A stretch of DNA of 64,000 nt from Dendrobates tinctorius (GCF_039654945.1 NW_027361844.1:13392001-13456000); one strand, 5' to 3'; shown: positions 12,167 to 27,840, counted from the stretch's first letter. Notes: generated from the letters alone by a model not told the origin. Translations and numbers: made by a program.

Positions 12167-12663
12167 GGCTGGTTTCACATTCGCGCTTTTTAAGCGCACG
12201 CACGGCCGGGGGTAGCTCCGCCCCGAGCCGGCTCTCTGCCCGGCGTGCCCGCCCCTTCCTTGTAGCGCCGCCTCCTAGCGCACAGCGGCGCCTGCGATCG
12301 GCGCACCCTATCTTTAGCATAGGGTGCGCAGATCGTGCGCAGGCCGTGCGCTAGTTGCGCTTTGACCTGCGCTGCGCACTTTTGACAGTGCGCCGTGCGC
12401 GCCAAAATCAAACTTTTCGGATTTTGGCGCGCACGGCGCACCGTCAAAAGTGCGCAGCGCAGGTCAAAGCGCAACTAGCGCACGGCCTGCGCACGATCTG
12501 CGCACCCTCTGCTAAAGATAGGGTGCGCCGATCGCCAGCGCCGCTGTGCGCTAGGAGGCGGCGCTACAAGGAAGGGGCGGGCACGCCGGGCAGAGAGCCG
12601 GCTCGGGGGCGGAGCTACCCCCGGCCGTGCGTGCGCTTAAAAAGCGCGAATGTGAAACCAGCC
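12167..12663. mobile_element. near-perfect palindromic Harbinger-like MITE
   Basis: TTA TSD; GGCTGGTTTCACAT...ATGTGAAACCAGCC; two ~245-bp GC-rich arms nearly identical around ~12415. Confidence 0.9.
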
Positions 12664-13059
12664 TTATTGTGCGATTTGTCATGAGTAGGCTGATACTCCT
12701 TATGTGGGGGGAACCACTGTTTGGGCGCATGGGAGAGCTCGGAAGGGAAGGAGTGCCATTTTGGAATGCAAACTTTGATGGAATGGTCTGCGGGCGTCAT
12801 GTTACGTTTGCAGAGCCCCTGATGGGCCTAAACAGTGGAAACCCCCCACAAGTGACCCCATTTTGGAAATTAGACCCCCTAAGGAACTTATCTAGATGTG
12901 TGGTGAGCACTTTGATCCCCCAAGTACTTCACAGAAGTTTATAAACGCAGAGCCGTGAAAATAAAAAGTCTTTTTTATTTCCACAAAAGTGATTTTTTTA
13001 GACCCAATTTTTAGACCCCCAAAGTTGGTAAATAGTGGAAACCCCTCAATTCTTGCTCC

Positions 13060-13318
13060 AACCCTAACCCCAACACACCCCTAACCCTAATCCCAACCCT
13101 AACCTTAATCCCAACCCTAATCCCTAATCCTAATTCTAACCCTAATCCTAGTTCGCCCTAACCCTAATTCTAACCCTAGCCCTAACCCGAGCCCTAACCC
13201 TAGCCCTAACCCTAACCCTAGCCCAGCCCAACCCTAACCCTAACCCTAGCCCAACCCTAACCCTAGCCTAACCCTAACCCTAGCCCAACCCTAGCTCTAG
13301 CCCTAACCCTAGCCCTAA
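13060..13318. repeat. degenerate interstitial telomere-like (CCCTAA)n array
   Basis: CCCTAA/CCCTAG/CCCAA units over ~260 bp inside the piggyBac-like element. Confidence 0.9.
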
Positions 13319-15132
13319 TGGAAAACAGAAAAAAAAATATTTTCTTTATTTCGTTATGTTGGCCTAACTAAGGGGGTGATAAACGGGGGGATTATGTACT
13401 ATTTTGTTTATTTTGATCACGATGATAGTTTATCATTGTGATCAAAATGAATGAATGGAATCTGCCAGCCGGAGCCGGCAGATTCCCGGCGGGCGCACTG
13501 CGCATGCGCCCGCCATTTTCCCCGGATCCAAGATGGCGGCGCCCACCGGAGGACGTCGGCGGGACGCAGGACCACCGGGAGGGGACAGAGGACCACGGAG
13601 AGGTACCGGGGGGGATCGGGGACCTTCTTTCTCTCTCCTCTGACTTGCGATCACATCAGAGGAAAGAGAAATTAAATGTAAAATTGCGGCTTTTTTTTTG
13701 CGGTCGCCGTTATAGGGTTAATAACGGCGATCGCAAAAGCGGTTTCATGTTCTCTGGGCCGACCGATTCATGTTCTCTGGGGTCTCGGCTACCCCCGGCA
13801 GCTGAGACCCCGGAGAAAATCCGACACTGGGGGTGGCGCTATTCACTTTCTCCACAGCGCCGTGAATTAGCGGCGCTGTGGTTTTAGTACAGTTAAATTC
13901 CGCCGTTAAAAGGCGTATCGGCGGTCGCTAAGGGGTTAAAAGGCCTAACATTAAGGATGACACATTTCCTTTGTATTTTAGGAAAAAAATATATATTGTG
14001 ATTTTTTTACATTTTAAATATTACAAAATAAAATGAGCCTAAGAAAAAGTTTGGGATGTGTTTGATCAAGGTTTCAGACTTTAATTAGCCTGTTTAGGGT
14101 TATGGCTTGTTCACTATCATCATTTGGAAAGGCCAGGTGATGCAAATTTCCCAGCTTTATATAAATGTAGCCTGAGCCTCCTCTATCCTTGTGCCAAAAA
14201 ACAACAGCCATGGGTTCTTCTAATAGAAGGAGAAAAAAGGAGTGTTTTTTTTTAAAGTGCAAACATTTTATTAACACAATTGGACAGACAATAACATATA
14301 TAAAAAGTGAAAGTAAGGACACACAGTAATGATACCCAGCGTATATAAGTTTGTAATCATCAGCTATTAAAGTTCATCTTCTCTATATATATAAAAATCA
14401 ATGTGTGTGTGTGTGTGTGTATCACCAACCAATCACGAAGCATCTTTCATTTCACCAGAGCTGTTCAAAAGAAGCTAATCTGTGATTGGTTGCTATGACC
14501 AACAGTTTTCCTTGCAACCAATCACTAAGCATCTCTCATTTCACAAGAGCTGGTTAAAAGTAGCTGAGCTGTGATTGGTTGCTATGCGCAAGTTTTCCCA
14601 CTTGACAACACCTCAGCAGACACTGACATTGTGGCAGAAACCTAGCATCCCCAGGAACATAAGCTCCAGCCATCGTCTGTCCCCCCAGAAAGGAGCAGTG
14701 AGTACATGACAGAAATTAATCCCCCCCTCCCGTGTGGTATCATTAAGTGACACACATGAATGTAGGAAAGTGCACATATTAAATGTCATGTGGATTTCAT
14801 ATTTTCTCACAGACACTTTAAAGCAACAGCATGTGTGTGTGTTAGCCAAGCTCACTCCACATAGCACCAACCAATCACTAAGCATCTTTCATTTCACCAC
14901 AGCTGTTTAAAGATGGTAACTAAGGCCTATTATTCTATGGTGTTATTGTCCTTCTGTAAAGCTGGAAACAACACAATTTATTACCGTTCCGACACAGACC
15001 ACCCTCTGACACAGACTGCAGGGGAAGCCAAGAATCAGGAATTTCTCTTTGTCTGGCATGAAGCATCCTCATTAACTTAAAAATTCAAACACAGATTAAA
15101 AAAAACACAAGATGGATTTCTCCAACCCAGGC

Positions 15133-15760
15133 AGGGGTGGATTAAGGGTAGCCAGGGTCCCGGGCTGTTCAGACTCTGTGGGCCCCCCAGTCATGTGACG
15201 GGGTCATATGACGGGGTCATCGTATACCTGAAACAGATTATTCCAGAAAAATAGTTGCTGAGTGAAACTATAACCTGTCAAACATCCATTGATCTAGTCA
15301 ATTTACCCTTCAGTTAGGAAGAAAAAAAATTGCACCAGGTGCCACCCACCTGATCGGATTAACCTGTTCCAATGTGCAAGGCTCCACCCCTCCCCCAATC
15401 AGCTGCGCCCCTTCCAGTACATGGGGGTCCAGTAGCCCAATAAATCAATAAAGGTAAATCAGGTTCCTCTAAATCGCAATCAGGGCCGGTTTTAGGCAAA
15501 GTGGGGTCCTAGGCAAAGTTTAAAATGGGGCCCCAAATGCTAACATATTGCACATCACACAGAAGCATTTCGGTTGTATTTACATGCGCTGAGTTCAGGC
15601 TGCTTAACGAGTGTGATCGACAATACTGAAATCGTTCAACACTTGATTCCCTGCCTCTTTCCACCGTCTGAGAAAGAGTGATGGGGACAGAACGATCACT
15701 AATGGATCAATCTGTCCCCATACAGGGTCATGTTATCAGCAGCACATCTACAGTTTACAC
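15133..15760 (+). mobile_element. hAT-like 5' terminal fragments (CAGGGGTGGATTAAG at ~15133; CAGGGCCGGTTTTAGG at 15481) inside the Helitron
   Basis: CAGG-starting termini; 15481-15760 is homologous to 62102-63090. Confidence 0.5.
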
Positions 15761-16129
15761 CGCATACTCCTTCATATAATATAATGTACTCCATAGTCCT
15801 CCATATAGTATAATACACTCCCTATAGTCCTCCATATAATATAATGTGCTCCATAGTCCTCCATATAGTATTTTACACTCCCTATAGTCCTCCATGTAAT
15901 ATAATGTGCTCCATAGTCCTCCATATAGTATAATACACTCGTTATAGTCCTCCATATATTAAAATGCACTGCTCAGTCCTCCATATAGTGTAATACACTC
16001 CTCATAGTGCTCCATATAGTATAATACACCACCAGTCATCCATGTAGTAAAATTCACTTCCCATAGTTCTTCACATAGTACAATTTATTTCCCATAGTCC
16101 TCGATACAGTATAATGCAGCCCACATATA

Positions 16130-17764
<1,635 letters not shown>

Positions 17765-19989
17765 CAGCATAATGCAGCCACTCCACAGAGTATAATGCAG
17801 CCCCACCATACAATATAGTGTAACCCCCCATAGAATATAATGCAGACCCCCTCTTATAGTACTTATAGTATAATGCAGCCACCCCTTATAGTATAATGCA
17901 GCCACTCCACAGAATATAATGTAACCCCCCATAGAATATAATGCAGTCTCCTCATAGAGTATAATATAGCCCCCATAAAATATAATGCAGCCCCTTATAT
18001 AGTATAATGTAGCCCCTCCATTGAATATAATGTAGCCCTCCTCATATAGTATAATGCAGCCCCAATAGAATATATTGTAGCCCCCTCATAAAATATAATG
18101 AAGCCCCCATACAATATAATCTAGCCCCCCTAGAATATAATATAGCCTCCTCATATAATGTAGCCCCCTCATAGAGTATGATGCAATCACCCCCCATAGA
18201 ATATAATAAATATAAAACAGTCACCATTAGAATATAATGTAGCCCCGAATAGAATATAATACAGCCCACCTCCCCATAGAATATAATGTAGCACCCCATA
18301 TTATATAACACAGCCTCCCCCATAAAACATAATGTACCCCCCATGGTATATAACGCAGCCCCATGGTATACAGCACCACATGGTATACAGGCAGCGGCAC
18401 ATGGTATACAGCACCACATGGTATACAGGCAGTGGCACATGGTATACAACACCACATGGTATACAGGCAGCAATACATGGTATACAGCACCACATGGTAT
18501 ACAGGCAGCGGCACATGGTATACAGGCAGCGGCACATGGTATACAGCACCACATGGTATACAGGCAGCGGCACATGGTATACAAGCAGCTGCACATGGTA
18601 TACAGCACCACATGGTATACAGGCAGTGGCACATGGTATACAGGCAGTAGCACATAGTATACAGGCAGCGGCACATGGTATACAGCACCACATGGTATAC
18701 AGCACCACATGGTATACAGGCAGCAGCACATGGTATACAGCACCACATGTATTCGCAATAAATGGAAGCCAGAGCCGCCATGTGTGCATTACACCACAGT
18801 GAATGTATACACTAACTATACCAGGCTTATGACACACAGCAGAGCGCTAGTAAGCGGGAGAGCAGGGCTGTGAAGGAAGATAACGGGGCTGTGGAGGGAG
18901 AGAGCGGGAGAACAGGACTGTGGACGAAGAGACCGGGGCTGTGGAGGGACACCGGGACATGGATGTAGAGCGCGGCTGCGGAGGGATAGAACGGGACGGC
19001 AGGTGGAGAGTGGGGATGTTAAGGGAGACAGCAGGACCCACGGTTAGGTACTATGCCCGGGCAACGCCGGGCTCTTCAGCTAGTTAAATATAAAGGTAAG
19101 ATGTGTCATATGGATTTAAACCATAATGAAAACATACCTCTAATTAAATATTAACCACATGACCCACATCAATCAGGAGTCTTTAGTATATATGGATCAA
19201 AATAGTATACAGAGGCATATTCATACAGTCAATCACTAAGAAGGTCAGACAAATTTTTGTAACCAAAGTTTCTGCATATATACGGAAATATAAAAATGGA
19301 TCATCTTACCTAAAAGCATAGATGTTTGGGCAAATCACACAGACATTTTAACACCCCCAGATGCTATAGTGCTCTCCAACAGGACCTTTTGTATCGCAGG
19401 TAACCGGTCACATGGGAATCACGTGACTGGATCACTCATCAGCTGTATTAGGTCGGTACATGCACTCCCAACGAGGTGCCTCGGTCACACGTGACTCGGC
19501 AGGACCATCCAAGTGTGCATGAGTGGAAGCGAGGCGGTTGCCATTGCTCCCAGTCGAGTGCCAAGGACGCAGTAGCGCCGGGTATCACGAAGCTGAAGCG
19601 GGGAGCAGGTGAACGCACGCGCACAACAGCCTTACTTAGAACTTAAATCTCAAATAGATTTTAACCATTAATTGCTCTTTTTTAAAGCGGTTTCGCAGTG
19701 AGCAAAGAGAGTTTCTTATAAATGGACAATAACTTCTACAAAAATGACATCATATGATTATTGATAACGTTCTTTTGCCTTTTGTTATTTCCTCTCTCCT
19801 CTTTTTCATCTTTATACAGAGAGCCGCGGACTCAGGCAAAAGTTCATAATTGCCAAGAATATAACAATAACTGTAGTTTTCCTTATCTTCTCAGAAGAGA
19901 AGGTGGAATCAAAAGGTTTAGAAGAGAACCAATTAAAGTGCAAACAACTGTAAGCAAGAAAAATCATATAAACATACAAATAAACATAA

Positions 19990-21123
19990 TGTCATGGTCA
20001 CGTGTGTCAGGACGCAGATGTTTCCGCAAGGCGGACCCATAACACACGTGACCCTGGATACACCGCCTCCAGTGGGGCGCATTTAAATAATAAAACATGC
20101 AGGTGGATACGCTGCCTCCACCTGGCGAATTTAGGTATTACACGTTATACATACAATAATCAAATAATAAAGGGGGAACCTGGGAAACTATAACAATGGT
20201 GGGCCCTGCGATAGGGAATGGGGAAATGGAGACCTCCTAAGCTCCCCTGAGCCAGTGTCCCTGCACTCCTTACATTCCCTAAACAGTCTCCGCACCTGTC
20301 GCCGCACGCGTACCTTAACGCCCTTGCTCACCCTGACCATAAACCCTCACTAGGGAATGGGTCGGTGCGGCGACTAATCCCACCACTGCACTAATAACAC
20401 ACATGAGGAAAGAGACAATACAGGGGAAACACCACTTAGCTTTGCTCTGTTGCGTGCGCTCCCAGCAACAGAGCCCTCCACCTGAGTGCATCTTCTCCTC
20501 CACCCGGATCCATCACCATAACAGGATCCTTCACCTTAGTGCAGCCTTGGAGCAGAGTCCACCACCAGTTGCAGCTGCTTAGAACCAGAGTCCCAAGGAT
20601 GAGTTCAGCTGCTGACACGAAGTCGAGCATGCTTGAGTCCAGCTCAGCGGCCAAGTCCCACATGGTGAGTGCCACTCTCCATAGTCGCCACTCCACCAGC
20701 CCATGCAGACACTTCCCGCTGACACCATCACTGCGACTCCACCACGCCATGCCAGCCCTTCGTCCAGACACCATAGCTGAAACACATCCCCCCCTGGCTA
20801 AGCTGCGCAGGACTCCTCACCAGCTCCATCATTCATCCAGGCTCTCCCAAAAACAGAGTGAACACAAACTCACAATATCACAGGCAGTGATTGAACACCC
20901 TGAGCACACCTTTATAGGGTGTCACACCTGATCCATAATTAAGTGAACATTAACCTAAACCTAAGGTGCGATACCATTCCCCACCACCGGGCAACTTAGA
21001 ATGAACGACACCACGTGATGATTCTAATGGCCACCGGGGGCAATCACGACACACTTTGGAACCAAAGGAAAAAAGTTCACTTAATGCATTTAATACCGCC
21101 AGATCCAACACTGGATCATGACA
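19990..21123 (-). mobile_element. solo LTR (same family as 39491-43017)
   Basis: TGTCATG...CATGACA, 5-bp TSD CATAA; reverse complement of the LTRs at 39491 and 41951, with a different first ~170 nt. Confidence 0.93.
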
Positions 21124-22054
21124 CATAAAACTTATAAGATAAATACATTTGTTAAAAACCAAATCAGGAAGGAATATATTGTTTGGTGTACCTAAGAGAG
21201 TCCTATTATAGAAAGGGAGCAAAATTTAAGGACTCATTCAGACCATCCAGTTTCATGCTCCCCAGAGTGACAATCCATTTAAGCTCACACCGAGCCCGAA
21301 GTTGCTTGATGTTGCCGCCCCTTATCCCAGTGTGAACAGTGTCAATGCCCCTGACCATAAATCCCCTGGGGTCACAGTTGTGAACAGCTCTAAAATATCT
21401 GGGGATAGTTTTTAACTCAGAGGGGTCAGCCACTGTCTTGGCCGCACCAATGTCCCGCACATACCCTGCATTCTTACCCTGAGTTCTCTAGATGTAAACC
21501 CCACATAGATTAGTGGGCAACTACAGGTGGCATACTAAGTTACATTCATACTACTACAGGAAATATGTTCTCTAATTTGAAAATGTTTCTTACCATCTGC
21601 AGAGTGGAACGAGGTGCAGCAAAGGACTTTGGTGCAGGTAAGACACGCAGCCTCTTATAACCTTGTGCCAAAAATCAGCAGCCATGGGTTCTTCTAAGCA
21701 GTGGCCTAGCACTCTAAATTTGAAAATAGTGGAGTCCCACAAAGCAGGAGAAGGTTATAAGAAGAAAGCAAAGCGCTTTAAAGTTGTCCTTTCCTTAGTT
21801 AGAAATATAATTAAGAAATGGCAGTTAACAGAAACAGTGAAGGTCAAGATAAGGTCTGGAAGACCAAGCAAAATTTCAGTCAGAGCTGCTGGTAGGATTG
21901 CTAGAGAGGCAAATCAGAACCCCCACTTGACTGCAAAAGACCTTCAGAAAGATTTAGCATACTCTGGAGTTGTTCTACTGTTCAGAAAACCTCTCCTGTG
22001 TCATCGCCATAGAATTGCCAGAAGTATACAAAAGAACATCTAAAGAAGCCTGAT

Positions 22055-24376
22055 TAGTGTTGAGCATTCCGATACCGCAAGTATCGGGTATCGGCCGATA
22101 CTTGCTGTATCGGAATTCCGATACCGACTTCCGATATTTTTTCAATATCGGAAGTCGGCATCAGAATCGGAAGTTCAAAGTTGATTGACAGCCGAAATGA
22201 CGTCATCATGATGCGCGGTGTGTGCGCATCATGATGCGCCGTCATTTCGGGCCTTCCGGGGGTCTCTGCCGGCCTGCCGGGGGGCTGTGTGGACTGCCCG
22301 GGGTCTGTACCGGCCTGCCGGGGGGCTGTGCCGGCCTGCCGGTGGTCTGTGCACCCTGTGGGGGTCTGTACCGGCCTGCCGGGGGGCTGTGCTGATGTCC
22401 GGGGGTCTGTGCAAGCATCGTCCGATGGGACTACAAGTCCCATCTGGCGATGCCTGCTACCATGACAGTGATTGACACATTAGCCAATGATGGGACAGTA
22501 GTAGTCCCATCATCCGGCTAATGTGTTGAATGTAAAAAAAAAAAAAAAATTACATGCTACATACATACAACATGCATACTACATATATACTACATGTAAC
22601 ATACATACTACATATATACTACATGCAACATGCATACTACATGCATGCTACATACATGCTACATACTACATACATGCTACATTCATACTACATATATACT
22701 ACATGCATGCAACATACATACTACATATATACTACATGCATGCAACATACATACTACATATATACTACATGCATGCAACATACATACTACATATATACTA
22801 CATGCATGCTACATACATACTACATGCTACATACATACTACATACATACTACATGCATGCTACATACATACTACATGCTACATACATACTACATACATAC
22901 TACATGCATGCTACATACATACTACATGCTACATATATACTACATACATACTACATGCATGCAACATACATACTACATATATACTACATGCATGCAACAT
23001 ACATACTACATATATACTACATGCATGCAACATGCATACTACATATATACTACATGTAACATACATACTACATATATACTACATGCATACTACATACATG
23101 CTACATACTACATGCATGCTACATACATACTACATGCATGCTACATACATACTACCTACATACTACATGCATGCTACATACATACTACATGCATGCTACA
23201 TACATACTACATGCTACATACATACTACATACATACTACATATATACTACATGCATGCTACATACATACTACATGCTACATACATACTACATACATACTA
23301 CATGCATGCTACATACATACTACATGCTACATATATACTACATACATACTACATGCATGCTACATACATACTACATGCTACATACATACTACATACATAC
23401 TACATACATACTACATGCATGCTACATACAATACATTCATACAATACATACATAGACATACAGTACATATAACATAGAGTAACATACTTACCAATACTTG
23501 TCACATTGTTCCCCGAAGCCATTGTCTTTTACGGAATAAATATTAACATAACAAACCACAAAAATACTCACCCATGATCCGAAGCAGTCCACGAGTGTGT
23601 CCCACGACGATCTTGGGTAGAGAACTGCAGCATCAGCTGATGCTGCCGCTCTCTACGGGCTGCAGGAATCCAATGACGGAAGGTAGGTATCCTTCCGCAC
23701 TGTATTCCTCCGCCACTTAAAAAAAAAAGTCCCTAGTCTCACTTTATGCCATTGCTGTGTGGGAATTTCATGTTACATGTAGTATATATGTAGTATGCAT
23801 GTATGTAGCATGTAATTTTTTATTTTTTTATTTTTTTTTTTTTTTTTACATTCAACACATTAGCCGGATGATGGGACTACTACTGTCCCATCATTGGCTA
23901 ATGTGTCAATCACTGTCATGGTAGCAGGCATCGCCCGATGGGACTTGTAGTCCCATCGGACGATGCCTGCACAGACCCCCGAAGCCTGCACAGACCACGG
24001 GCGGGCCGGCACAGCCCCCCGGCAGGCCGGCTCAGCCCCCCGGAGCCTGCACAGACCACCGGCAGGCCGGCACAGCCCACCGGAGCCTGCACAGACCACC
24101 GGCAGGCCGTCACAGCCCCCCGGCAGGCCGGCACAGACCACCGGAGCCTGCACAGACCCCCTGGCAGGCCGGCACAGCCCCCCGAAAGGCCCGTACAGAC
24201 CCCAGAGAGGCTGTACAAGGCAAAAATAGGGTTTTTCTTATTCCGATACCGGAAGTCCCATAGACTTGAATGGGACTTCCGGTATCGGAATCGGCGATAC
24301 CGATACTTTTTTTTAAGATCGGCCGATCCATTCCGATCCGATACTTTGAAGTATCGGACGGTATCGCTCAACTCTA
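22055..24376. mobile_element. non-autonomous hAT element with GC-rich subterminal repeats and an internal (TACA/CATA) satellite
   Basis: TAGTGTTGAGC...GCTCAACTCTA TIRs; 8-bp TSD AGCCTGAT. Confidence 0.92.
22550..23470. repeat. TACATACATGC-type low-complexity satellite
   Basis: Produces spurious H/Y/T/M ORFs. Confidence 0.95.
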
Positions 24377-24592
24377 AGCCTGATGCATTTTGGAAACAAA
24401 TCCTATGAACCAATGAGGTTAAACTATAACTTCTTGGCTACAATGATCAAAGGTACTGTATGTGTGGAGAAAAAAAGGGCACAGAATTTCAGGAAAAGAA
24501 CATCTCACCAACCATTAAGCATGGGGGTAAATCAGTCATGCTTTGGGGTTGTATTGCAGCCAATGGCACAAAGAACATTTCAGGGGTGGAAG

Positions 24593-25424
24593 TGTAAGAG
24601 TTGGCCATGGCGGTAGTCGTGAATGAGGTAAACGGCCCCGGCGCGCCCTGGCCTCCCCTCATATACACATCACAGTTCTCTGTCAGCATACCTGTTGCTA
24701 CATTCTTCTCAACTTCATGGCCTTCCCAAGGTGGCTGTGCATTTTTCCCAACTCTTTTGGCAAAAAACGAAGACACAGTCTAAATCCAACTTTAAACAAG
24801 AAACTTTACTCTTTTGTATTCTCAGTCCGTTTTCTTCAGGTAACGCACAATTTGCCCTATTCACTTTCCCTAGTTTCTCACTGTCACCTTCCAGAACATT
24901 CCTGGGTCGTCCCGTTCTGGTCAGCATCACATCATCCTCCTTGTCCAGCTTCACCATCTTTGGGAGTTCCTCTGTCTGTTTTGCCCCTGACAAAAGGGCA
25001 CCTGCCCACGTAGCAAGCTACCTCATAATGAGTGATCTGTGCTGCCATACTGCTGCCAACTGTCTCACTACCATCTGCAGTGTAGTGCTCGGAACTGCAA
25101 TGTTCTGCACTGCTGTCATCTGTGGCCCTCAGGCCTTGAATGGCTGGGCTCGTGTCCATAAACATTACGGGGCTAACTGCCCTGTCTGGGCTACTAAGCC
25201 CAACTGACTAAAATGCCAGATGCTCCCTGGATTAACCACAGTTAGCCCCTCCTACATTAACTATTTACATTCTGAGCATAAATCCCCATTTAGTGGGCCT
25301 ACGTTTGCCCTACATAGATACGATAATAGCAAAGCATAAAGAGAATTATACGGTGGCCATTAATCAACATTAAATATGCATAACATAAATAAAAGGCATA
25401 TCATGGATTTAGACATCCCTTACA
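24593..25424 (-). mobile_element. probable solo LTR-like insertion
   Basis: TGTAAG...CTTACA termini; interrupts the Tc1 transposase; TSD not clean. Confidence 0.55.
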
Positions 25425-26449
25425 GATGGAAGAATGGATTCAATAAAATCTCAACAAATTTTTGATGCAAACATAACACTATTTGTAAAAAAGCTGGTTG
25501 AAAAGAAGATGACTTCTGCAAATGAATAATAATCCTAAACACAAGTCAAAATTCACAATAGACTTCCTCAAAAGACGCAAGCTAAAGATTTTAGTGTCCC
25601 TCACAGTCCCCTGATCTGTTCACATCATTGAAAACCTGTTGTTAGACCTCAAAATAGCAGTGTACTGCATGCAAGATGACCCAGGAATCTCACAGAACTG
25701 GAAGTATTTTCCAAGGAAGAATGGATGAAAATCCCTCAAACAAGAATTAAAATGATTTTGTCTGGCTACAAAAAAAGTCTGCAAGCTGTGATTCTTTTCA
25801 AAAGGGGGTGCTACTAGGTACTTACCATACAGGGTGCCCAAACTTTTGCATCTGCCCATTTTCATTTATTTTAATTTCTAAAATGTAAAAGATGAAAAAA
25901 AAAATATTTTTTGGCCCAAATACAAACTTTAGGCCATTTAGAGATCATTTCATCTTCAATTTGCTTTACTGTTCGCAATAACAGTAATTTTGACCAGGGG
26001 TGCTCAAACTTTTACATGTCACTGTAAGATCTATATAAGATCTAAATACCCTAATAGGGATCAAGATGGTACAAGGGGGTAGGCAGGTATGGCGCTACCT
26101 CTTGCCTACTCAAGAGGAGTGCACTTTGAAAGGCAATTGCTGAATGACTGCGGCCATCTGGCACCATCCTCCAGCCATAGGCATTCAGCACAGTGGATGC
26201 AGGCACACAGGGAATCCTTCCTCTATCTTCCTGCACCCCAGCTGTTGCTCTTTCCCTGCATTCTACTTCGGACCTGCCCTTTATTGGAGAAGGCGCATCC
26301 AGGGGATGTTGGATGGCGTGATGCCGTTGCATCATTGCGCCATCGAGTGCACACTGCTGCACAGAGGAGATGGTGGACGGGAAATCTGGATTAGGTGATT
26401 ATAAGCCTTTTTTTTAATTTTATTACTTGGCCATTAATTGAGTGGAGGT

Positions 26450-27840
26450 ACGGGGGGGAATATAATGAGGAGCTGTGCATGGGGCATAAAGTGAGGGGCT
26501 GTGTAAATGAGGCAATGTTCAGTTATATATAATGAAGGGCTGTGTGTGGGGGTGCATAAAATGAGAGGCTGTGCAGGGGGGCATAAAATGAGGGGCTGTG
26601 TGGTGGGGCATATAATGAGTGGCTCTTCTGGAGAGGGCATAAAATTGTGGGCTGTGAAGGGATCAAAAAATAAAGGGTTGGGCAGGGGACATGAAATGAG
26701 GTGCTGTGCAGGGGGCATGAAATGAGCAACTATGCAGGGGGACATGAAATAAGGGGCTGTGCGGGGGGGACAGCAAAGTACATAAGGAGCTGTGGTGACG
26801 ATACTCTATATGGGTCTGTGGAGGATATTATACTGAGGGGATATGGGGTGGCATAAATTAAGGGCTGTGCAGGAGGGGCAGATAATTGGGAGATGTGCAG
26901 GGGAGGCATGAAATGAGGGACTATGTGGGGGGAAAGCAAAGTATATGAGGAGGTGTGGTGACCATACTCTATATGGAGCTGTGGAGGATATTATGCTGGG
27001 GACATGGTGACCATACTGGGTAGGGGAATGAGGTGAATATCATACTGTTTGGGGTGCTATTTGTGGAATACAATACTGTATGGGGTGCTGTTGGGGCAAT
27101 CATAGTATACATGGGGAGCTGTTTTGGTCTTCATACTATTTATGGGGGGCTGTGGTGGACATCATACTATATATGGGGGCTGACTAACAATAACTGACAT
27201 ATTAGAAACACATCAAAAGGTGATGTCCCTGAGCCCCTCAAGGAAGCTAACCATGCAAAACGCGTGTCGGGGCTAGAGCATACACCTTCCACTCGATACC
27301 TCCTCCCCACATGGGTAAGCACTTTAGTACTCCATGCAATGTTAGCAGATCTTTTTAAATGACTCCATTGCAAATTTGTGTATGGGTATAGATTATATGG
27401 TCATAATATTTTCAGGACTTTGGCATATACATTTATAGTTCTCTCTATGCAGGGAAACTTTTTCCCAGAGAGTTATACATTTACAGCATCTGTGTTTCTG
27501 CCTAAGTTGTGTCAGTGGTATCTGTTTCATGGCATGTTGTCTATATGGAGGTATTTTAGGTGGTGACACCTGGTCATTCCCCGCCCCATTTTCTACACTC
27601 GACTTGTTCGTTATAATTAGGGCTATATGCCTGTATTATTTATGTAAGTGGATTAATAAAGATTTTTATAATTTATTAATTACATTGTCTTTTCTCATAT
27701 TTTTTATTGTTGAGGGCTATTTTGCTCCTTTCTCTATATAGCATTATTATATATGGGGATCTCTGGTGGTGACCATACTACATATTGGTGGCTTGTTGGG
27801 GATATCATACCATATGGGCAGATGTGGTGACCATCATATT
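26450..27840. repeat. degenerate G-rich minisatellite (reverse-complement-like of 9133-10940)
   Basis: GGGGCTGTG...CATAAAATGA / CATACTATAT units. Confidence 0.75.
27180..27741 (+). mobile_element. Penelope-type pLTR fragment with a decayed hammerhead (27232-27274)
   Basis: AGCCCC-tcaagga-agc..gc-aaaACGCGTGTC-GGGGCT; flanks CATACTATATATGGGG / CATTATTATATATGGGG resemble a TSD. Confidence 0.55.

Larger units (their letters stand above)
11095..13935. mobile_element. non-autonomous piggyBac-like element
   Basis: TTAA TSD (11091-94 and 13936-39); TIR CCCCTAAGCGAC / GTCGCTAAGGGG; internal duplicated block (~11800-12110 vs ~12690-12990). Confidence 0.85.

Noticed and set aside
13060-13318. True telomere or chromosome-fusion site
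   Set aside because: Short, degenerate, single orientation and internal to a TTAA-flanked transposon.
18042-18837. Cys-rich keratin-associated-like ORFs
   Set aside because: Artefact of the 17/21-bp minisatellite inside a Helitron.
19415-19445. CTGATGA followed by a hairpin on the minus strand
   Set aside because: No GAAA box or stem III, so not a hammerhead.
22523-23477. Long His/Tyr/Thr/Met-rich ORFs (also 47733-49612 and 51614-53123)
   Set aside because: Translations of TACA/TGTA satellite lacking stop codons; open in several frames and on both strands.
23860-24413. GC-rich ORFs on both strands (also 47107-47731 and 12067-12684)
   Set aside because: Subterminal tandem repeats of hAT elements or the MITE palindrome.
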